Source of the DNA: an uncultured Pseudomonadales bacterium
GTDB lineage: Bacteria; Pseudomonadota; Gammaproteobacteria; Pseudomonadales; Azotimanducaceae
Length of the DNA stretch: 64,000 nucleotides
Direction of reading: 5' to 3'
Assembly (NCBI GenBank): GCA_958296405.1
Contig: OY282519.1
Span: 726,132-790,131 of the forward strand
The translations under genes were made by a program, and so were the position numbers. The notes under the pieces were generated by a model that saw only the letters and a list, made by a program, of their open reading frames with translations, made no database searches and was not told the origin of the DNA. Positions 9,308 through 17,605 of the stretch are shown piece after piece (the first letter of the stretch is position 1; each line of letters starts with the position of its first letter).

Positions 9308-9808
9308 ATGCTGTGGGTGGCCGTGCTGATGGGGTCCGAGTCGGATTGGCCGGTGATGCAGGCCTGCGTGGATGGCTTGGCGCAGTTGGAAGTGCCATGC
9401 GAGGTGCGGGTGCTGTCTGCCCACCGCACGCCGGATGAGACTGCGGAGTATGTCGTGGATGCCGAAGCGAGGGGCTGCGCCGCCTTCATTTGCGCGGCCG
9501 GCATGGCGGCGCATCTCGCCGGGGCGGTGGCGGCGCACACGGTGCGGCCGGTGATTGGGGTGCCGTTGGCGAGTGGCCCGCTGGCTGGTGTTGACGCGCT
9601 CTTGGCAACGGTGCAAATGCCCGGCGGCGTGCCGGTTGCCACGGTTGCCGTGGGCAAGGCCGGCGCCCAGAACGCGGCTTGGCTCGCGGCGCAGGTGCTC
9701 GCGATCAGCGATGCGGGGCTCGCCAAGGCGTTGGTGACGGCGCGCGCCGCCGGCCGCGCCAAGGTGGCGCAACAGAACGCTGCGGTGCAACGAGCCGCCG
9801 CCCAGTGA
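9308..9808 (+). CDS. purE: N5-carboxyaminoimidazole ribonucleotide mutase PurE
   Basis: 166 aa with [27 protein letters not shown] and PVIGVP blocks. No purK is adjacent. Confidence 0.9.
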   Translation: MLWVAVLMGSESDWPVMQACVDGLAQLEVPCEVRVLSAHRTPDETAEYVVDAEARGCAAFICAAGMAAHLAGAVAAHTVRPVIGVPLASGPLAGVDALLATVQMPGGVPVATVAVGKAGAQNAAWLAAQVLAISDAGLAKALVTARAAGRAKVAQQNAAVQRAAAQ

Positions 9809-10362
9809 TGGCGGCGTTCGCGGTGCTCCGCGCCGCGTCGGCGTTGGCGTCTGGGGGCATCGTGGCGCATGCCTTGGAGGGCGTTTGGGGCCTCGCGTGC
9901 GACCCGTTCGACGCCGCTGCGGTGTGCCGGCTGCTGCGCCTCAAGCACCGCTCGCCGGGCAAAGGGCTAATCCTCATCGGGGCGACGCCGGCAGCGTTTG
10001 CCGCCGAGCTCGATGCCTTGCCGCCGGCGGCTCGCGCCGCCGTGCTGGCGAGCTGGCCCGGCGCGGAGACATGGATCGTTCCCACCAATCGGTTTTCTTC
10101 GCTTGTGACCGGCGGGAGCAAGCCGGCGGCGGTGGCGGTGCGTGTGCCCGGCCACGAACAAGCGCGCCGACTGGCGGCGGCGTTCGGCGGCCCGATTGTT
10201 TCCACGTCGGCCAACTTGAGCGGGCAGCCGCCAGCGCGCACTGAACTCACGGCCCGGCGCGCGCTCGGCCGCCAAGTGGATTTCGTGCTGCCCGGCGCCA
10301 TCGCTGGCCGCAGCGGCCCGTCGCGCATCCGCCACGCTGCCAACGGCATCGTGCTGCGATGA
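9808..10362 (+). CDS. tsaC: L-threonylcarbamoyladenylate synthase, TsaC/YrdC type
   Basis: ATG at 9808 overlaps the purE stop (TGATG). GGIVAHALEGVWGLACDP, KHRSPGKGLILI and STSANLSGQPP are YrdC/Sua5-domain blocks. The ORF-track start at 9679 lies inside purE. Confidence 0.85.
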   Translation: MAAFAVLRAASALASGGIVAHALEGVWGLACDPFDAAAVCRLLRLKHRSPGKGLILIGATPAAFAAELDALPPAARAAVLASWPGAETWIVPTNRFSSLVTGGSKPAAVAVRVPGHEQARRLAAAFGGPIVSTSANLSGQPPARTELTARRALGRQVDFVLPGAIAGRSGPSRIRHAANGIVLR

Positions 10363-11168
10363 GCCGCCGCTACGTGGTGATCGGCAATCCGGTGGCGCAT
10401 AGCCTGTCGCCGCGCATCCACCGCTTGTTTGCCCGCGCCGCCGGCCATGCCATTGCTTACGAAACCCTGCTTGCGCCGGCGTTTCGCCCTGCCGCCGAGC
10501 GCTTCTTCGCGGCGCCAGACAGCGGCGGCGCCAACGTCACGCTGCCCTTCAAGTTGGATGCCTACGCTTGGGCCGCCGAGCATGGCAGCACGACCGTGAA
10601 CGCCGACGAGGCAGGTGCTGTGAACGCCATCTTGGCCACCCCTCGCGGACCGCGCGGCGACAACACGGATGGCGTGGGCCTGCTGCGCGATTTGCAGCAG
10701 AACCTGGACCTTCCCCTTGCCGGCAAGGGGGTGTTGCTGCTCGGCGCCGGCGGCGCGGCGCGGGGCGCGCTCGGGCCGCTGTTGCGCGCCGAACCGCGGC
10801 GGCTGACGCTTGCCAACCGCACCGTCGAACGCGCGCAGGAACTCGCCAAGGCGTTCGATGGCGTGGAGCCAATGCCGTTGGCGGCTGTGCGCGGCGGCTA
10901 CGATGTGGTCATCAATGCCACCTCGGCGAGTGCGCGGGGCGATGGCCTTGCGCTTTGCGGGGCGGCCATTGAAGGCGCCTTTTGCTACGATATGTTCTAT
11001 CGTTTAGGGGCAGACACGGCGTTCTGCGGTTGGTGCCGGGAACGCGGCGCAGCCGGGGTGGCCGATGGCTTGGGGATGCTCATCGAGCAGGCGGCGGAGT
11101 CGTATCTACTCTGGCGCGGGGTGCGGCCCGACACCGCGCCGGTGGCGGCTGCGTTGGCGCATGGCTGA
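10359..11168 (+). CDS. aroE: Shikimate dehydrogenase
   Basis: ATGA overlap with tsaC. VIGNPVAHSLSPRIH, NVTLPFK, NTDGVGLLRDL and LLLGAGGAARG are AroE blocks. Confidence 0.9.
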   Translation: MSRRYVVIGNPVAHSLSPRIHRLFARAAGHAIAYETLLAPAFRPAAERFFAAPDSGGANVTLPFKLDAYAWAAEHGSTTVNADEAGAVNAILATPRGPRGDNTDGVGLLRDLQQNLDLPLAGKGVLLLGAGGAARGALGPLLRAEPRRLTLANRTVERAQELAKAFDGVEPMPLAAVRGGYDVVINATSASARGDGLALCGAAIEGAFCYDMFYRLGADTAFCGWCRERGAAGVADGLGMLIEQAAESYLLWRGVRPDTAPVAAALAHG

Positions 11169-12267
11169 TCCGCTTGCCTCCGATGCCCCCGCCGTCGCCG
11201 CGCCGTCGCGCTCGGCAGAACGGGGCTTGGCACTGGCCGGCGTCGCGCTCGCCGCGCTCGTGGTGGCGCTCGGCGCCTACACGCGCTTGGTGGATGCCGG
11301 CCTCGGCTGCCCGGATTGGCCCGGGTGCTATGGCTTCATCACCGTGCCGGCATCGGTGCAGGAACTGGCAGCGGCCGAAGCGCGTTTCCCGGATGCGCCG
11401 GTGGAACCGGACAAAGCATGGCCAGAGATGGTGCATCGGTACTTTGCGAGCGGGCTTGGGCTATTGGCATTCGCCGTGCTGGCGTTTGCTTGGCGGCGCA
11501 CGGCGGCCGGCGCGGCGCCAAGCGGCACCCAGGGCCCGGGGCGCGGGTTGCCGATCGCGCTGGTCGTGCTGGTAATCGTGCAAGGCGCTTTCGGCGCCTG
11601 GACCGTCACCTTGAAGCTGTGGCCGCAAGTGGTCACCGCGCACCTGCTTGGCGGCTTCGCAACGCTTGGGCTGCTGTGGCTGCATGCGCTGCAGCTCGAC
11701 GCCGTCAAGCAGCCGCGGCCGCGGCCCGGGCTCGCCGTGGCGGCGCGTTGGGTGATCGCGGTGGTGGTCGCGCAGGTGGCATTGGGCGGTTGGACGTCTT
11801 CCAACTATGCCGCCTTGGCCTGCCCAGACTTTCCGCTTTGCCACGGGCTCGTCGCGCCGCCGATGGACTTTGCCAAGGGCTTTGACATCTTTCAGGACAT
11901 CGGCCCCAACTACTTGGGCGGGGCGCTCTCCAGCGAGGCGCGCACCGCCATTCAGGTGGCGCACCGCATCGGCGCGTTCATCACCTTGTTTGCGGTGGCA
12001 TGGCTCGCTTGGCGCGTTGGCGGTGCGTTGGGTGGGGCCTTGGCGGGCATCGTCGCGGCGCAATTCGGGTTGGGGCTGGCCAATGTGTGGCTGCAGCTTC
12101 CCCTCGCCGTCGCTACCCTCCACAACGCCGGCGCCGCCACGCTGCTGCTTGCCCTGCTTACGGTACACTTCGCCGCCACAACCGCCGGCGCGGGCCAGCC
12201 AAACGCGCCGCCGGCGCCCGAACACCCGCGAGTGGACCAGTCTGCATCATCATCCCGCCCGGCTTGA
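11161..12267 (+). CDS. ctaA: Heme A synthase (COX15/CtaA)
   Basis: ATG 11161 (8-nt overlap with aroE) gives a polytopic protein with GLGCPDWPGCYG and the second-half CPDFPLCHG motif, plus conserved His in TM helices. Confidence 0.85.
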   Translation: MADPLASDAPAVAAPSRSAERGLALAGVALAALVVALGAYTRLVDAGLGCPDWPGCYGFITVPASVQELAAAEARFPDAPVEPDKAWPEMVHRYFASGLGLLAFAVLAFAWRRTAAGAAPSGTQGPGRGLPIALVVLVIVQGAFGAWTVTLKLWPQVVTAHLLGGFATLGLLWLHALQLDAVKQPRPRPGLAVAARWVIAVVVAQVALGGWTSSNYAALACPDFPLCHGLVAPPMDFAKGFDIFQDIGPNYLGGALSSEARTAIQVAHRIGAFITLFAVAWLAWRVGGALGGALAGIVAAQFGLGLANVWLQLPLAVATLHNAGAATLLLALLTVHFAATTAGAGQPNAPPAPEHPRVDQSASSSRPA

Positions 12268-12289
12268 TGGCGGGGCGAGGCCCCATCTA

Positions 12290-13210
12290 ATGCCCAGCGC
12301 CCGAATGAGTGACTTAAGCGCTTCCGCCACATGGCGCGACTTCTTGGAAATGACGAAGCCGCGGGTGGTGGCCCTCATGCTGCTGTGCGCGGTGGTGGGG
12401 ATGGCGCTCGCCGGGCCAGGAGCGGAGGCGCTGCCGGCGATGGTGTATGGCTTGGCCGGCATCGCGCTGGTCGCAGGGTCTGCCGCGGCGGTGAACCACA
12501 TCGCCGATGCGGAGCTCGACGAGCGCATGGCGCGCACCCGGCATCGCCCGGTGGCCACGGGGCGCGTGAGCTTCGCCGCCGGCGCGACATTCGCCGGCGT
12601 CCTCGGCATCACCGGCTTCATGGTGCTGTATGTGCTGGTGAACCCGCTCACCGCATGGCTGAATCTGGCGTCTTGGGTGGGCTATGGACTGATCTATACG
12701 CTGTATCTGAAGCGGGCGACGCCGCAGAACATCGTCATCGGCGGGCTGTTCGGCGCCGCCCCGCCGCTCTTCGGCTGGACGGCGGTGACCGGGGAGATCC
12801 ACATCTTTCCGCTGCTGCTCGTGCTCATCATCTTCGTTTGGACGCCGCCGCATTTTTGGGCGCTGGCCCTCGAACGCAAGGACGAGTACGCCACGGCGGG
12901 GGTGCCGATGCTGCCGGTGACGCACGGCCCCGCGCACACTAGGCGGCAGATTCTCTACTACACCATCGCGCTGGCGGCGCTCAGCCTCACGCCGTTCATG
13001 CTGGGCTTGAGCGGCGTTCCCTATGTTGTCGGCGCGGCGCTGTTGGGCGGCCGGTTCATCTATTGGGCCGCGGCGCTGCTGAAGGAACGCCCAGGCGCGC
13101 CGATGGCAACGTTCCGCTATTCCATCGTTTATCTGATGGCGCTCTTCGCCCTGCTGTTGGTGGATTTCCACTTGGCGCCAGCGATGCGCCTTGCCGGCGG
13201 CGCGGCATGA
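12290..13210 (+). CDS. cyoE: Protoheme IX farnesyltransferase (heme O synthase)
   Basis: WRDFLEMTKPRVVALML, NHIADAELDERMARTRHRPVA and FVWTPPHFWALAL are UbiA-family heme O synthase blocks. The start is ATG 12290 or 12305. The ORF-track start at 11807 lies inside ctaA. Confidence 0.9.
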   Translation: MPSARMSDLSASATWRDFLEMTKPRVVALMLLCAVVGMALAGPGAEALPAMVYGLAGIALVAGSAAAVNHIADAELDERMARTRHRPVATGRVSFAAGATFAGVLGITGFMVLYVLVNPLTAWLNLASWVGYGLIYTLYLKRATPQNIVIGGLFGAAPPLFGWTAVTGEIHIFPLLLVLIIFVWTPPHFWALALERKDEYATAGVPMLPVTHGPAHTRRQILYYTIALAALSLTPFMLGLSGVPYVVGAALLGGRFIYWAAALLKERPGAPMATFRYSIVYLMALFALLLVDFHLAPAMRLAGGAA

Positions 13211-14217
13211 ACGGCGGCAAGATCCTCGTCACGGGAGGCGCCGGCTACATCGGCAGCCACACGGCGACGGAACTGCTCGACGCCGGCCATGAGGTGGTGG
13301 TGTTCGACAACTTCGCCAATAGCTCGCGCGCCGCGGCGGACGCCCTGCAAGTGGCCGCCAACCGCGATGTGGCGGTGGTTGAAGGCGATGTCCGCGATGC
13401 GGATGCGTTGCGCCGGGTGTTTCGCGGCCACGACATCCGCGCTGTGTGCCACTTCGCGGCGAAGAAAGCCGTTGCCGAATCGTTCGAGCAGCCGCTCTCG
13501 TACCACGATAACAACGTGGTCGGCACGCTGCGGCTCGTGGAACAAATGGCGGCTCATGGAGTGAAGACGCTCGTCTTCAGTTCATCTGCCACGGTTTATG
13601 GTTATCCGGTCAGCGTGCCCATCACCGAGAACATGCCGCTTGCGCCGATCAACCCCTACGGGCGCACCAAACTGGCCTGCGAGCGGCTCCTCGGCGATTT
13701 GGCACTGAGCGACGCGGAGTGGCGCATCTCGATTCTGCGCTATTTCAACCCCATCGGCGCCCATTGTTCCGGCTTGCTGGGCGATTCGCCGCAAGGCGTT
13801 CCGACCAACCTGATGCCGTACATCGGCGCGGTGGCAGCGGGGCGGCTGCCGCGCTTGCGCGTCTTTGGCGACGACTACCCGACGCCGGACGGCACTTGCA
13901 TCCGCGATTACATCCATGTGGTGGATCTCGCCAAGGGCCACCTCAAGGCACTGCAATGGCTGGCGGCTGCGCCGGGCCTTGCCATCCACAACTTGGGCAC
14001 CGGCGCCGGCCATAGCGTCTTCGAGGTTGCGCGGGCGTTTGAGGAGGCGTCGGGACGCTCTGTTCCCTATGACGTGGCGCCGCGCCGGCCCGGCGACACG
14101 CCGGTGCTTTATGCGGATCCATCAAGGGCCGCGGCCGAGTTGGAGTGGCGCGCCGAACATGGCCTGCGGCGCATGTGCGAGGACGCTTGGCGCCATGTCG
14201 CGGCGTCGGCTGCCTAG
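13207..14217 (+). CDS. galE: UDP-glucose 4-epimerase
   Basis: ATGA overlap with cyoE. KILVTGGAGYIGSH, SSSATVYG, YGRTKL (YxxxK) and RDYIHVVDLAKGH are typical GalE blocks. Confidence 0.9.
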   Translation: MNGGKILVTGGAGYIGSHTATELLDAGHEVVVFDNFANSSRAAADALQVAANRDVAVVEGDVRDADALRRVFRGHDIRAVCHFAAKKAVAESFEQPLSYHDNNVVGTLRLVEQMAAHGVKTLVFSSSATVYGYPVSVPITENMPLAPINPYGRTKLACERLLGDLALSDAEWRISILRYFNPIGAHCSGLLGDSPQGVPTNLMPYIGAVAAGRLPRLRVFGDDYPTPDGTCIRDYIHVVDLAKGHLKALQWLAAAPGLAIHNLGTGAGHSVFEVARAFEEASGRSVPYDVAPRRPGDTPVLYADPSRAAAELEWRAEHGLRRMCEDAWRHVAASAA

Positions 14218-15495
14218 GTGGTTGCAGCGGACTGGCAGCCCATGTGCGCAGGCGACCCATCCGACGGCGATTTGGCGGCAGCTTACGCGGCTGTGCGCCG
14301 TCAAACGGAGGCGCTCTGCGCCCCCTTGGCCGTGGACGACTACTGCGTTCAGCCCATGCCGGACGCCAGCCCACCCAAATGGCACTTGGCCCATACCTCG
14401 TGGTTCTTCGAAACCTTCCTGTTGAAGCCGCATGGTGAGGGCTATGCACCTTTCGCCAACGGCTACGAGCACCTGTTCAACTCCTATTACAACGGCGTTG
14501 GCAATCCGTATCCACGGCTCAAGCGCGGTGCCTTGTCGCGGCCGACGGTGAGCGAAGTGTTCGCGTATCGGGCGCATGTGGACCGCGCCATGCAAGCATT
14601 GCTGCACCGCGAGGACGCCGGGGTGCGTGAGCGCGTCGTGTTGGGCTTGCACCACGAGCAGCAGCATCAGGAGCTCATTGTCACCGACGTCAAGTTCAAC
14701 TTGGGCGTCAACCCCCTGCGCCCGGCGTACCGCCAAGATTTGGACGCGAGCGCGTGCGGCGCCGCGCCGTTGCGCTTCGCTGCCTTTCCCGGCGGCCTGT
14801 TGGAGATCGGCGCCAACGGCGGCGGCTTCACCTTCGACAACGAAACGCCGCGGCACAAGGTGTGGCTTGCGCCCTTTGAGTTGGCCGAAAGGCTGGTGAC
14901 GAACGGCGAATACCTTGAGTTCTTGGAGGACGACGGTTACGCCAAGCCAGCGCTGTGGCTTGCTGAGGGGTGGGTGGCCGCGCAGCGCAACGATTGGCAA
15001 GCGCCCCTCTATTGGCAGCGCGAACGCGGCGGATGGTCTGAGTATCGGCTGTCGGGGCCGACGCCGCTGGACTTGAACGCTCCGGTCACGCATTTGAGCT
15101 TCTATGAAGCGGAAGCCTTCGCGCGTTGGGCCGGTGCGCGGTTGCCCACCGAGGCCGAGTGGGAGTGTGCCGCCGCCAGCGCCGCGACGGCTGACGGCCA
15201 CTTCAGTGATGGCGGGCGGTTGCATCCGCGGGGCGCGGCGGCGGCCGGCATGGCGCAGCTCTTCGGCGACGTCTGGGAATGGACAGCGAGCGCATACGTC
15301 CCCTATCCGGGCTATCGGCCGCTGCCAGGCGCGTTGGGCGAGTACAACGGCAAGTTCATGGCCAACCAGATGGTGCTGCGGGGCGGCTCCTGCGCGACGC
15401 CGGCCGGCCATGTGCGCGCCAGCTACCGCAATTTCTTCTACGGGCCGGATCGCTGGCAATTCTCCGGTGTTCGGCTGGCGCGGAATGTCGCCTAG
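14218..15495 (+). CDS. egtB: Ergothioneine biosynthesis sulfoxide synthase EgtB (DinB-like plus FGE-sulfatase domains)
   Basis: GTG directly follows the galE stop. PKWHLAHTSWFFETF, HHEQQHQELI (DinB-type His triad region), FDNETPRH, VTNGEYLEFL, WEWTASAY.PYPGY and RGGSCATP..RASYRNFF are EgtB blocks. Confidence 0.85.
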   Translation: MVAADWQPMCAGDPSDGDLAAAYAAVRRQTEALCAPLAVDDYCVQPMPDASPPKWHLAHTSWFFETFLLKPHGEGYAPFANGYEHLFNSYYNGVGNPYPRLKRGALSRPTVSEVFAYRAHVDRAMQALLHREDAGVRERVVLGLHHEQQHQELIVTDVKFNLGVNPLRPAYRQDLDASACGAAPLRFAAFPGGLLEIGANGGGFTFDNETPRHKVWLAPFELAERLVTNGEYLEFLEDDGYAKPALWLAEGWVAAQRNDWQAPLYWQRERGGWSEYRLSGPTPLDLNAPVTHLSFYEAEAFARWAGARLPTEAEWECAAASAATADGHFSDGGRLHPRGAAAAGMAQLFGDVWEWTASAYVPYPGYRPLPGALGEYNGKFMANQMVLRGGSCATPAGHVRASYRNFFYGPDRWQFSGVRLARNVA

Positions 15496-16543
15496 CGGCC
15501 AGCGCGCGCGGCAGTTCCGGCTCCACGACCTGCGGCCGCGGCGACCAGACGCCCGCGCCGAGGTGTTGGCTGGGCTGTCGCGCCAAGCCAAGGCGGTGCC
15601 GCCCAAGTTTTTCTACGACGCAGCCGGCTCTCGGCTGTTCGATGCCATCACGCGTTTGCCGGAGTACTACCTCACCCGGGTGGAGACGGGCATCTTGCGC
15701 GCCAACCGGGCGGCGCTGGCCAAGGCCGTGGGCGCGGATGTCTGCTTGATCGAATACGGCAGCGGCTCGAGCGTCAAGTCGCGGCTGTTGCTGGAATCTT
15801 GCCGCCCGGCGTTGTATGTGCCGGTGGACATCTCGCTGGAACATTTGCTCGCTTCCGCCCGCGGCATCTTTGAAGAGTTCGACTGGCTTTCCGTGTGCCC
15901 GGCCTGCGCGGACTACAGCCGCTCGTTCACACTGCCAAATGCCGCGCATGGGCTGCCCCGCGTGGGTTTCTTCCCCGGTTCGAGCATCGGCAACTTCGAG
16001 CCTGCCCGAGCCGCCGCCTTTCTTGCCGGCGTGGCGGAAGTGGTGGGGCCGCGCGGGCGCTTCATCGTCGGCGTGGATCTGAAGAAGGACGCCAACGTGC
16101 TCGATGCGGCCTACAACGATGCTGCGGGGACGACGCGGGCGTTCAATCTGAACATGTTGAGCCACTTGAACCATGCCTTGGGCGCGAACTTCCAGCTCGA
16201 CCAGTTCGAACATGTTGCGATGTATAACGAGGGCTGCGGACGCATGGAGATGCACCTTAAGAGCGTGACGGCGCAGACCGTGCGCGTGGATGGGGCGGAC
16301 ATCGCGTTTCGCGCCGGCGAACGCATCCACACGGAAAACTCCTACAAGTACGCGCCCGAGGAGTTCTTTGCGCTGGCGGCCGAAGCCGGCTTTGTGCCAC
16401 GCGAGCGATGGCAGGATGCGCGCGGCTACTTCATGGTGGCGTTGTTGGAGAACGCCGGGGTTGCGGGCCAAGGTCTGCTAGATGGCAGCGCCGCAGCCGA
16501 AGCCGCCAAGGCCGCCGCGACGGACGGTGCTAGAAGCGGATGA
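15485..16543 (+). CDS. egtD: L-histidine N-alpha-methyltransferase EgtD
   Basis: ATG 15485 overlaps egtB by 11 nt. PPKFFYDAAGSRLFDAI..LPEYYLTR, IEYGSGSS.K, YVPVDIS, FFPGSSIGNF and ENSYKY are EgtD blocks. It has a ~30-aa Ala/Gly-rich C-terminal tail. Confidence 0.85.
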   Translation: MSPSGQRARQFRLHDLRPRRPDARAEVLAGLSRQAKAVPPKFFYDAAGSRLFDAITRLPEYYLTRVETGILRANRAALAKAVGADVCLIEYGSGSSVKSRLLLESCRPALYVPVDISLEHLLASARGIFEEFDWLSVCPACADYSRSFTLPNAAHGLPRVGFFPGSSIGNFEPARAAAFLAGVAEVVGPRGRFIVGVDLKKDANVLDAAYNDAAGTTRAFNLNMLSHLNHALGANFQLDQFEHVAMYNEGCGRMEMHLKSVTAQTVRVDGADIAFRAGERIHTENSYKYAPEEFFALAAEAGFVPRERWQDARGYFMVALLENAGVAGQGLLDGSAAAEAAKAAATDGARSG

Positions 16544-16793
16544 TCTCCCACTGCGGCACGACGAACTCGGCCTTGTCGAAGTCTCCAAAGCCTTTGGATG
16601 GGTCGAGCGGCGCGAGGTAGTACGGGCGGCCGTTGCGCGGCACGATCTTCACCAGCCGCAACTGGCCGTTTTGGCGGTACTCGTAGATGGTGCGCTCTTC
16701 ACCCTCGATGAGTGTCACGTCGGGGCCGCGCTGCGCCGTTTCCGCGGCGCTGGCGCTGGGCCAAGGCAGCGCCGCAAGCCACCCGATCAACAT
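16530..16793 (-). CDS. Small secreted protein, DUF2782-like
   Basis: The C-terminal part GEERTIYEYRQNGQLRLVKIVPRNGRPYYL resembles the DUF2782 family often found next to polA. ATG 16793 gives the signal-like MLIGWLAALPWPSASA. Upstream in-frame ATGs (up to 16940) cannot be excluded. The 3' end overlaps the egtD stop by 14 nt (convergent). Confidence 0.6.
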   Translation of the reverse strand: MLIGWLAALPWPSASAAETAQRGPDVTLIEGEERTIYEYRQNGQLRLVKIVPRNGRPYYLAPLDPSKGFGDFDKAEFVVPQWEIIRF

Positions 16794-16993
16794 CGCACGC
16801 GGCCAATGCGCCAAGCGCTTGGCGCTGAGTAGCGCGTTCGCGAAGCTGCCAGCAGCTTGGCAAGCGGCGCGTGGGGCGCCTGTGTGCAAGGGCATGAGCA
16901 TCGGTTCCCGTTGGCCAAGGGGCAGATGGCCAATCATCATCCCCGCATCTTGCCGGCGTCAAGGGGCTGAAAGGGATCAGCACCTTCTGGACA

Positions 16994-17025
16994 GTCGCCC
17001 CCAACGGAAGGCCGTTGGGGGCGAC
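16994..17025. repeat. Perfect 14-bp inverted repeat with a 4-nt loop (stable hairpin)
   Basis: gtcgcccccaacgg / aagg / ccgttgggggcgac, read directly from the sequence. No U/T tract follows on either strand. Confidence 0.9.
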
Positions 17026-17241
17026 GGTTCGGTAGCCTATGAGTTGAAGGACAACATGGGAGACCGAACGATGCGGATGTTGGCACAGGACAGGGCGTTC
17101 TACCTGAATTTGCGGGTGGACGGAACGGACGATCCGGAGGCGTTGCGCCGGCTGCGGATCTGAACAGGGTGTGTCAACGCAAAGTAGAAATGTCCCCTTT
17201 TGCCGGCGGGCGCAGCCGATGAAGCCGCCTGCGCGAGCCGA

Positions 17242-17488
17242 GCCGCCGAGCCCGTCCGGCTGGAGGAGGTGGCCGCCCGGGAACTGCCCCATCTGGACGT
17301 CACGACGTCCGCCTTCGGGCTTCGGCGCCACGGGACAAGTCAACCAACTGGCGTACTACGACGAGTTCGCGCGGCACCTCCGCCCCGCCTTGGTGGCGCT
17401 CGTCTTCGTCCCCAACGACTTCAGGAACAATTCGCCGATCTTGGATGGATTGACCAAGAGAACCGATCCGGACCGGTTCCAACACGTC
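17242..17488 (+). pseudogene. Possible decayed remnant of an SGNH/GDSL-type hydrolase gene
   Basis: Two different plus frames carry family-like fragments: ...LDVTTSAFGLR... and ...QLAYYDEFARHLRPALVALVFVPNDFRNN..., which resembles the (K)PDLVVLxFFxGNDFxDN block. There is no intact ORF, no GDS block and no plausible start. Confidence 0.3.
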
Positions 17489-17605
17489 ACCGCGGCGCGC
17501 GGACGTAACCATCGCGCTGCGGCCGCCCCTCTACCCGCGCCGGCACAGCGACGGGGCAATCTCTTATGATTCCCGCGTGATGTCCGCGGCAGGGGGGAGG
17601 CGACC

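Noticed and set aside
8237-9790. 517-aa minus-strand ORF across dprA and purE. Similar ORFs at 914-2248, 14122-15606, 42402-43637 and 58122-59540 were treated the same way.
   Set aside because: Each is antisense to a gene with strong family motifs, and none has its own start context or homology.
17020-17040. A tRNA-like ggttcg motif next to the 14-bp hairpin, and a general search for tRNA, rRNA, tmRNA and CRISPR signatures.
   Set aside because: No acceptor or anticodon arm pairing can be drawn around it. No T-loop GTTCGAATC-type consensus, repeat-spacer array or rRNA-like low-GC stretch was seen anywhere in the window.
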